A stretch of DNA of 57,930 nt, the filler included, from Sphacelaria rigidula (taxonomy: Eukaryota): assembly GCA_964200075.2 (NCBI GenBank). It is 9 parts of 9 records of this genome, joined end to end, with 100 filler letters (N's around TTAATTAATTAA, not from the genome) between each part and the next. Parts side by side here need not be neighbours in the genome. Positions count along the whole stretch, not along the records: positions 45,137 to 51,483 come from CAXNAA020020620.1; positions 51,584 to 57,930 come from CAXNAA020020621.1; 7 more parts are not named here. The stretch is one strand, 5' to 3'. A model generated the notes under the pieces. That model saw only the letters and a program-made list of their open reading frames with translations. It made no database searches and had not been told where the DNA came from. Made by a program: the position numbers and the translations under genes. This document shows, piece after piece, positions 49,878-57,930 of the stretch; position 1 is the stretch's first letter, and each line of letters begins with the position of its first letter.

Positions 49878-50812
49878 AAGTGGTCCCCATTCCACATACA
49901 TGCACACCCGTACCCGAGCGCACAAGCGAGCAAACCTCGTTTTGCTTTCCGGAACAGTACTCGTGACGAGTACACAGCAGTAGGGTGAATAAAGTACACA
50001 CGGTGATGGAGCACACGTAGATAGATGTAGACGTTACTCATCTAGCAGCACAGCATTGTGTGTGTGTGTGTGTGTAGGTGTGTGTGTTTCTTTCGCAGCA
50101 ATTCTGGTGCTTTCGGGGCAGGGTCGACATGCCGTGAGCGTGTTTTAATCCTACACGCATGCCCCATCGTCTCAACTTCCCCCCCTCTCTTACGGTCTGA
50201 ACTGCTACTCTATCTAAAAACCATTCGCCCTTTTGCCACTGGCAGCTGAGTACAACAGCATGAAACAGTCAGCGACATGCCATCGCTCAACACTGAACAC
50301 AGTCTACTCTCAGGGCAGGGCCGGAACACTTTGAGCGTGTTATGACCTTGTACGCGTCTCGCTTTGTCTCACCTGCACTTTTATTACCGTCACAGCGTTA
50401 CTCGTACTCACGGCTATTTGGTAAACTCCAACGCAACTGGACATATTGCCCACTTCATTTCTGAGCGAGATTGATGGCGACGCCACCAGTGAAGAACGGT
50501 CGACGGCATAGCATCATGCAGAATGAAGCATGGAGAACAAACGTACTCCAAGTCCAAGTGGAAACAAAATACACCCTTATGCCCAGCAATATTCAAGCGA
50601 AATACCTTTTGATTGAGACTACCCGCGAAAAACATACTCTCAAGTTGACCCTTAGACCGCGAGATTAGTCTTTCTGGATCATGCATACTTTTTTTCACTT
50701 GAAATTGATGCCGATTCAATAGAAGAAGACTAACCTCGCGGTCTAAGGGTTGAAGATAAATACGGGCTTCTGAGAGCCTGACAGCCAAATGACACCTGTC
50801 TGCGGGGTAGGA

Positions 50813-51080
50813 GAGGGATGCCACGGCAGGGGTTGTAGTTCTTTAGCTACAGGGGTTCTCGGGGCTGCTCGGGGTGTTTGAGGAGTCATTTTATGAATCA
50901 ACATCATTTTTGCTTGAAGAAGACTGAGAACGATGCCGATTCGCGAATGCAAACACCATGTGTTTCTGGGATTCCGGTCCCAAAAGAGTTAGGACTGCAC
51001 AGTAGGCCGCATGCGTTGGTGCTCCTACAAGAAGGAGAGCCCCGGAATCAGAAAGTGCAACCCCTACCGTAGCATTACTC
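50813..51080. mobile_element. Sola-like MITE, copy 3 (different interior)
   Basis: TIRs gagggatgccacggcagggg / cccctaccgtagcattactc; 4-bp TSD AGGA. Confidence 0.7.
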
Positions 51081-51416
51081 AGGAATATGAACGAGGGTAT
51101 GAATGATTATATTGCACTGAACGTGATGACTGACCAATCATTTTTCAAGTGAAAATGGTATTGATTTCTAAAGTGAAGAACGGTCGAGACGAACGACACC
51201 TCCGAGTGTTGGAGGGGTCGTTGACACGTGAAGAGACGAAAAACATTCAAATGAACGCATCGCAACGCCACAGTGCCATACAGAACAAAGCGCGAAAAGC
51301 AAATATGCTCCAAACACAAGCGGAAACATAACGCGCACCCCAATGTCCAGCGAAATGCGAGCAAAATTTCTGCCGAGAGGTATCTGCGAAAAGCGCCTAC
51401 TCTCAAATCAAGTAAA

Positions 51417-51483
51417 TAACAGCCGATTTTCGAAAATGGGGTTGAAAAAAAATGAGGTTCAACTCAAAAGCCGTGCTTTCCCT
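51417..51483. repeat. Transposon-end-like repeat at contig ends
   Basis: aacagccgattttcg...tgaggttcaactcaaaagccgtgctttccct; inverted copy at 19345-19402; related end at 32090-32140. Confidence 0.65.
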
Positions 51484-51583
51484 NNNNNNNNNNNNNNNNN
51501 NNNNNNNNNNNNNNNNNNNNNNNNNNNTTAATTAATTAANNNNNNNNNNNNNNNNNNNNNNNNNNNNNNNNNNNNNNNNNNNN
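51484..51583. other. Artificial contig linker
   Basis: 44N-TTAATTAATTAA-44N. Confidence 0.98.
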
Positions 51584-51955
51584 CAGCGATCAACTTTTTT
51601 CTTCCTTTTGGGCAATTCGGCCGAAGAAATCGTGAATTTGGTGATTTTGATTCGTGATGATTTGTCCTAACCGTGGAACCTTGCAAGGGTTGGACAAATC
51701 AATGATTCGTCTGGAAATTACTTGGCTTTAGTGTAATTGATTCGAACCGTACGAATCAACCCCTAGGCTTTGTTTTCATCGTTGCAACCGAGGTACACGC
51801 AGCCCAGACACGTGGGATGGCGCAAAAGTTGCGTGGATACGGATACCCCTTGGACCAGCGGTCAACTTTCTTCTCTCTTTTGGGCAATCAGACCGAAGAA
51901 ATCGTGGATTTGGTGATTCGAACCCGTGATGATCCGTCCTAACCGTGGAACCTTG
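51584..51955. repeat. Local direct repeat (~100 bp, at 51584-51682 and ~51856-51954)
   Basis: cagcg.tcaacttt...gggcaat...ccgaagaaatcgtg.atttggtgatt...tcctaaccgtggaaccttg twice. Confidence 0.75.
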
Positions 51956-52871
51956 ATTCATTTCACTACTCTCATATTAACTCCTCATCCTGTAAGGGGT
52001 ATAGCTCCCGGGAGAAAATGTTGAGAGCTCCCTTGGTTGGGTTGGAGGAATGCTTCTGGGATATCGACGAATTCGAATCGGCATTTTGGTGGCGATTTGC
52101 ATCAATTTTCAAACGCTGAAAGTTCGAGTATTGCGTAACGGTAACTTTGCACGCACGAGCAGAGGGCAACCATATCCAAAAGAGATATCGGAAACGTATG
52201 CTACTTTTGGGGGAGGGGGGGGCAAGACCTCGTGTGGAAAAGTAGCTAGTCGACAGGTGGGGGTAGAGATAAAGAAGCGTATGACACCACATACAGCTCC
52301 GCGGTACAGGCAGCCGCGGTTCGGGGTTTTTCCCCGAAGACATGGCGATCAGTTCACTATTATAGTGAAAACAACACGTTGATCTTCTCAACAACTGCCC
52401 CCTGCCCCCCGCTTGTCTCGTGGACGCATGCAGCGGGGAATTTGAGTAGAGAAGCAAATTTTCTTGTTGGTAGTGGCTGTAGAAATGCCAACCGCGCTGA
52501 ACATACAGAAGGACTACTCGTACCTGTAGGCGGCATGTAGTTGGGATACTAAATACATCGGAGCACATCGGACCATACGGCATCGGGAGGACGGTAACTA
52601 CAGGGGCGGATGTCTTACAGTCCCGTTGGGTGTCACTCCACCACGCAGAAAATCAAATTCAAACACCCTGACAAAACTTACTCCCGTACGTTTTGAGCAA
52701 CCCAAACACACCAACTGCACCACCTCGCCAACGTGTGCCCATGGCTATGAAACAGCGCATGGTATTTCGCAGTACATAACAGCCCACGGGTTGTGACCTC
52801 GCGTCCAACCGTGTACCCCGCCCGCCGTCGCAACCGCGCGCGTATTTCCCATGTGTTTGAGGTTGTGTCAC

Positions 52872-52970
52872 CTTCAGAGCGACGAACTTGTTGTCCTTCT
52901 TGTCGAGCGACTTATACACGACACCGTACGTGCCCTGCCCGGCCTTCTCCTGCTTGGTGTACCTGTCCAT
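52872..52970 (-). CDS. CDK: Cyclin-dependent kinase (cdc2/CDKA-type), exon 1; remaining exons outside the contig
   Basis: MDRYTKQEKAGQGTYGVVYKSLDKKDNKFVALK|GTGACA: GxGTYG loop with T14/Y15 and the VALK lysine at position 33; phase-0 donor. Confidence 0.92.
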
Positions 52971-53734
52971 CTTCAATGCACCTGTTCTCTAAGTTTTTCC
53001 TGCGAAGATGGTGCCTGTGTCTCGCCACTCCTTCCAAGCACGCGGTCAGCGAAGTGTGACTTGCCGTTAGACTATTTATCGCAACGGCTGTACGTTTCTG
53101 GGTTTTATATACCCATATTCGCCGAAGTGTCCACGTTGGAACCCGCGACCAGGTGCCACGACAAAGTGTTCAGATGTGTTGCATACGCTGTAGATCGGAA
53201 CGGGGTGCTGATAAAAAAGACTGCGGTGTCTGTTACGTATGCAGTATAAACAAACTGGAAAATATGTTAGGTCTATTTTACAGAAGGCGAGGATGGTGAG
53301 GCCAAAAACATGTACTGATGAACTGTACAATTACAATTTTGAACGAAACGAGTGTTGAAACGGAAATCTCGTAATGGCATCAGGGATGAGGTGTTTTGCG
53401 GGCCTGCTCATATTTGTCTTCTTCATGGGGAGCGGGGGAATGCTTACCGGTTTATGAACCGTTTCCTTTTTAAATTTGAGAGCACGGCTGATGTTCCACT
53501 TTCGTTGGCTCCACACGATTAGAAGCACAGCTTGTGTGCCGTGGTGAAGCTATCAGTCATCACTCCTGCTTGTGCGTGAGCAGTTCAAACAGAAAATCGC
53601 AGGGATATGCGTTGACGTGCAGTATCCGCCATCAAACATCGACAACGAACAACGACAATGACACCGAACGCCGTGAGTGCTCGCCGCGCGGGTACAACAC
53701 TAACGCACTAGCCACGCTAGCAGCGGCATCCAAC

Positions 53735-54007
53735 ATGGCTGCCAGCAAGGAAAGGCAAACACGTGCGCAGCCGCACAAAACAATCGACTCCATCTTCGAC
53801 AGGGCATGCTGTAGTCCGGAGGTGCGGGAGGCAACCGGAATTCCGGTCTCTGGAGCAGTGCAACTGGGGAGAACGCGAGAGTCTCTCGCCAAGGCATGGA
53901 ACGTCCTAAATAAGTGGGCGCTCGAAAAACTTTCCGCAAGGGGAGCAATCGAGATCCCAAATTTTGCCAGGGTTGGTTGGCAACGATTCCGCAGGCGGGA
54001 TGGAGAG
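53735..54007 (+). CDS. CCDC81-like HU-domain protein, exon 1
   Basis: caacATGG start; ...ESLAKAWNVLNKWALEKLSARGAIEIPNFARVGW... fits the HU/IHF-like helix then IPNF-strand pattern of eukaryotic CCDC81; GAG|GTGATA phase-0 donor. Family assignment from recalled motif only. Confidence 0.6.
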
Positions 54008-54229
54008 GTGATACCCAGGATGGTGTCGATTTCTGATATTGAGGAAGTGCGACACTTACCCCCCTCCCCTCGAAACCAGCCCAAAAGTGTCACGAAAAAA
54101 TGGTCATACAGCGCCTGATGTTTGGGTTCAGGCTGCATGAAGCACCTCATTTTGGCGACATTGACGAGAACAAACCCAAGCGTGGGAACTCCCAGCTGCT
54201 CATTGTGCTCGGTTTTTACCATTTCGATT

Positions 54230-54429
54230 GACGTGAAGATTTTTCCTCCCCGAACGGTGCACTTTGGGGGGGGGGGGGGGGGGGGTTTCGTGGAAAGGTG
54301 CAAGGCGGCCGCCGGTGGTGTCCCGAGCGCGNNNNNNNNNNTTTTTACCATCCGATTTGACGGGTATGTTTTCTCCCCCGGAACGGTGCACTTTGGGGGG
54401 GGGGGGGAGGGGCTATCGTAGAAAGTGTC
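54230..54429 (-). repeat. Dispersed repeat end with duplicated poly-G-containing unit
   Basis: gaacggtgcacttt-polyG twice, then gctatcgtagaaagtgtc; same as 25793-25855. Confidence 0.7.
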
Positions 54430-56115
54430 AGAAGCGGCAGCAGTGTGTACCCCAAGCGGGAGACCAGGAGTATCATCAGCGCCAGCTCTTGAAGGGGCAT
54501 CTGTCAACATCTCAACGTGCGACAGCGGTTCCGATGATGTTTAGTAAACACCGAACGACGCTGGGTAAAACGTAATTTTCCAGTATTGTCGTTGTCACAT
54601 TTTCCCGGTAACTTGAAGTTCGTGCGCGCAAAGCGCTGCTCTCCGGCAGTCGATCATGGGCTCGATTCCGACGAGGGATAGGGGCCAAAACGCGTGTTGT
54701 TCTCGGTGCCTCCGGCGAGGCCCCCTCAGCAGTCGGGAGAAAAAATTCGGCTCGGGCCGCGTCTCCGCTCGTCAAGCCTACGGCACCAGGGCGGCGGCTG
54801 CGGCTGAGCCGCCATAATACCTAGTTGATGCCGTAGTGGTGCAATGGTGGGACGACTCTCCAAAAGATGTACATTGTGTTGACACAACCGCCAGGTACAT
54901 AAGCCCACTCGTCTCGCATATTTTATTTTCATTTTTATTTTCATTTGTCGCACTTTGAACTCCTCCCCTTCCTCGGGACGAGTCCGTGATCTCGAGGGAT
55001 CGACCCATCTTTTTCCCGGTACACGCAAATAACGAAACAGTAGACAGCCTCCCTATACACGCCTTATATTTTCGTCTCGCGGGTTGGGTCAGCACCCCCG
55101 CACCGCGTCAACTCACGTCGAATGGACTCAGTCGAATACTTTGTTTACCCACGTTTTCACGCTTTCCACGGTGGAAAACAGACATGAAAAAAACCCCAAC
55201 GCATCGGGAATCGAACCCCCGATCTCTGCACCCTAATGGCAACAGTCGGAACATGCCACCACCGGGGCGCGGGAAATAAACAAGAGATTCACACGCGTGG
55301 TTGGACTACTGACTATCCTGTCTGTACTCGACAATTTTGCATCGTACTGGAACAACAGCGCGCGTGGCGCCCAAGACCGACTTGTATGGCAGTCGCAAAA
55401 ACCGATCTGTACGCGGATCAGGGGACCTCAAATCCGGAAACGCATTGTATAAACCTCAATTTGGCACAAATCGGGGAAGCCTAGATTCGTTTGTCACGAT
55501 TTGAGAACAGTCCCAATTTTCAAATTGGTTGTTGTCTCAGGCCATTTCAGATTCGGCATCGGATTTCTGTGACAGAAAAATTTCTCGTTTTATTCAGAAT
55601 GTATTTTCAGAACCAATCGGAACATTTAAAAAAACACGTAAAACTTTTCGAAAAACTGCGCAAAACGTAACCCCATCATATGGAATACAGAGTACTACAC
55701 TGAAGACAACACAACACAGCAATTATGCAGTGTTTTTTAGAACCTGAACACGGACTGCATACAGTACGCATCAGCTGCTTTCTCTTGTCGCAAAATTAAT
55801 CGTGTCCAGCTGCTGCTGCTGTACGAATACGGAAGCACACGCCCTCGAGGTGCCACCCCACGTTTACCGTCATTGCGAACATGACATGACAAGAACACAA
55901 ACTTCAGCAGTCGTGGCCGCCACACATCAACCTTACTCCAGTAAAACGCGTGCCTGAACCGACACCACCACACTTTTGGCGTTTCTTCTTGTTGGCGGAA
56001 TCTTGGGCATCTAATTATGTGGCAGGGTCCACCGACTGAGCTGCGTGTTGGGGTGGCGATCGCTGCTCACGTGCATCGGAATTTTCCCCTGTTTTTTTTA
56101 TCGCTTAACCATTTT

Positions 56116-56527
56116 CCTCTCACGCATTACACTTGCAACCTTGCACTACTGTACTCTCTGTGCTTGCAGAGTATAGCCTGTACTCGGACAGGGCAGGTGA
56201 ACAGCACGCACATAGTCTACATGAACTCAGCTACACGCATAGAGAACATACTCAGCGGGCAGGGTATACTTGTAACCTTGCACTACTGCATGTCCGAGTA
56301 CAGGCTGTACTCTGCGAGCACAGGCAGTACAGTAGTGCAAGGTTGCAAGTGTGATGCGTGAGAGGGCCGCGTGCTTAGAGGGCCGCATCGTAGTTGGAAA
56401 CACCGCAGGATCGACGTTTTTCAAAACCAAACAAGGGTAAGGTTACAAGTATACCCTGCCCGCTGAGCATGTTCTCTATGTATGTAGCTGTATTCATGTC
56501 AACTATGTGCGTGCTGCTTACCTGCCC
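56116..56527. repeat. Interleaved long inverted repeats A-B-A'-B'
   Basis: A 56116-56190 pairs with A' 56291-56365; B 56191-56279 pairs with B' ~56439-56527. Confidence 0.85.
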
Positions 56528-57584
56528 GCTGAACATCACACGTGCTCGTCTATGCGCGGGCGGCTTTGTACAAGTGGCGCTCTCAAATTCAAAAAGTTGG
56601 CTCTCGAATCGCTCGTATATAAGCGTCGCAGATTGAAAAAACGTGGGCTCCCGAATTTAAAAAATAACGACGCAGTATCGGTCATAATAACAGGTGCAAT
56701 TTATTTTACACGAATCTGAACGCAGATCAGTGGAAAATCGCGGTCCCCCGAATCTGTAGCAACTAACGTGCGTATGTTGACGTACAGTGATGTGGCAACA
56801 GGGGTTTGGTATTTTTGCAACAAGAGCAGCAGATGGTCTCGTGACAGCACAGACAGTGCCTGCGAGCGCCGGCTGCTGGAGCAGCTCTGCACGGGGTTTG
56901 ACAAGCGGATAAGAAGTGTTGACGCCGTACCCTGCGGTGATGGCAACATTTTATGCTGCACTGTGTTTCTGTATGTATAATCAAAACGAACGGTAGTGCA
57001 CAATCCTGCATTCTGCTGTCGCGGTTGTTGCAGGGTGATGAATGACACTGGACTCGTGAACTCTTGCCGCACACTATGCACTGTTCTCGCAATACCGACT
57101 GTACCATCATGTATCACCACACGGCATTATCGTATACCGTGATTATGCAGTGTACTGCTCTGTACCATGCCCTAGGGTACCACGGTACGACGCTGCTCTT
57201 GAAGGATTATTCCCTGCCTACCTGTTTTTCGGCTTCACTGTGATACCACACCCGCCCAGAAGATGACCGTTCGTGTACAGAATAATTTCAACAAATCTGT
57301 GAAGCCATACAAGGATAACACACGAATCTGAGTTTCACGAATCTAGGTCCCCCCGATTTGGCACAGACTCGGGTCTCGCCAGATGCGGGATTGGCTACCA
57401 TACAAGTTGGTCTAACGCAGCATTCCTACGGTGTCTGTGTGTGTCTACTGTATAGGTGTGTGGGCGGGTGCGGGAGAAGTTTGTGAGGTTCGTGTTTTGT
57501 ATAAGGTTTCGAGATCCGGAAGATTACCATTACGGCACAAATCGAAACGTAACGGCTGCTTCTTTCCTTATTATCATTTTTTTT

Positions 57585-57830
57585 TGGGGGGGGGGGGTAC
57601 TCATTAGTTGCTTGCCTGAGTCGTTTGACCATTGACCACGTATCCCTTTCGAGACGGAGCACCTTTCCCACTCCTAATAGAGACACCACCAACATTTGGG
57701 CGCTCATTACGTTTTTTCCATACACCACACAAAACAAAAAACGCATCTTCTTCCCTTCCTGATTCGCCCTCTAGGGTCACCATGTATCTTCTAGTGTAGC
57801 CATCGTTTTCTCGCTACTGCCGAAGATCCA
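57585..57830 (-). mobile_element. 5'-truncated LINE 3'-end fragment
   Basis: Matches 40750-41000 (tagccatcgttttctc, gaccattgaccacg.atccctttcgag, gtactcatt); ends in a C-run on the element strand. Confidence 0.8.
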
Positions 57831-57930
57831 CTTTTATGGCAACGAATCTCGATTTGTACAAATATACGGGGCGGAGACACCGCTGGAACGTGTACGTAGA
57901 GTGGTGTAGGGAATGCTGTATGCCGACGAT

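Noticed and set aside
51584..52871. Further CDK exons (PSTAIRE region)
   Set aside because: None found before the contig end; the ORF-track extension 52659-52871 is intron read-through.
38820..54007. PIH1, cystine-knot gene, CDK and CCDC81-like as one functional cluster
   Set aside because: They lie on three unrelated contigs; only CDK and CCDC81-like are truly adjacent.

Overview
Eukaryotic, intron-rich, repeat-rich DNA whose gene structure and repeat content resemble a stramenopile, probably a brown alga (inference). The window is not contiguous. It is nine contigs of 6348 or 6347 bp joined by 100-nt linkers (44 N + TTAATTAATTAA + 44 N), so adjacency across linkers is meaningless. Recognisable genes, all partial: a 4-exon PIH1-domain gene with a decayed LINE in intron 3; the first exon of a cdc2-type CDK, head-to-head with the first exon of a CCDC81-like HU-domain gene; and two orphan multi-exon fragments. 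The most striking feature is a gene of at least six symmetric phase-1 cassette exons (45491-49109) encoding seven acidic C-x6-C-x5-CC-x4..7-C-x4..8-C cystine-knot-like modules plus a Pro/Thr linker. Every intron falls just before the sixth Cys, so skipping or shuffling any exon keeps both the frame and intact 6-Cys modules. The rest is mobile and repeat DNA: LINE remnants, a decayed gag with a CCHC knuckle, solo-LTR-like repeats, Harbinger-like and Sola-like MITEs with verifiable TSDs, an AGCT-rich satellite and interleaved long inverted repeats.
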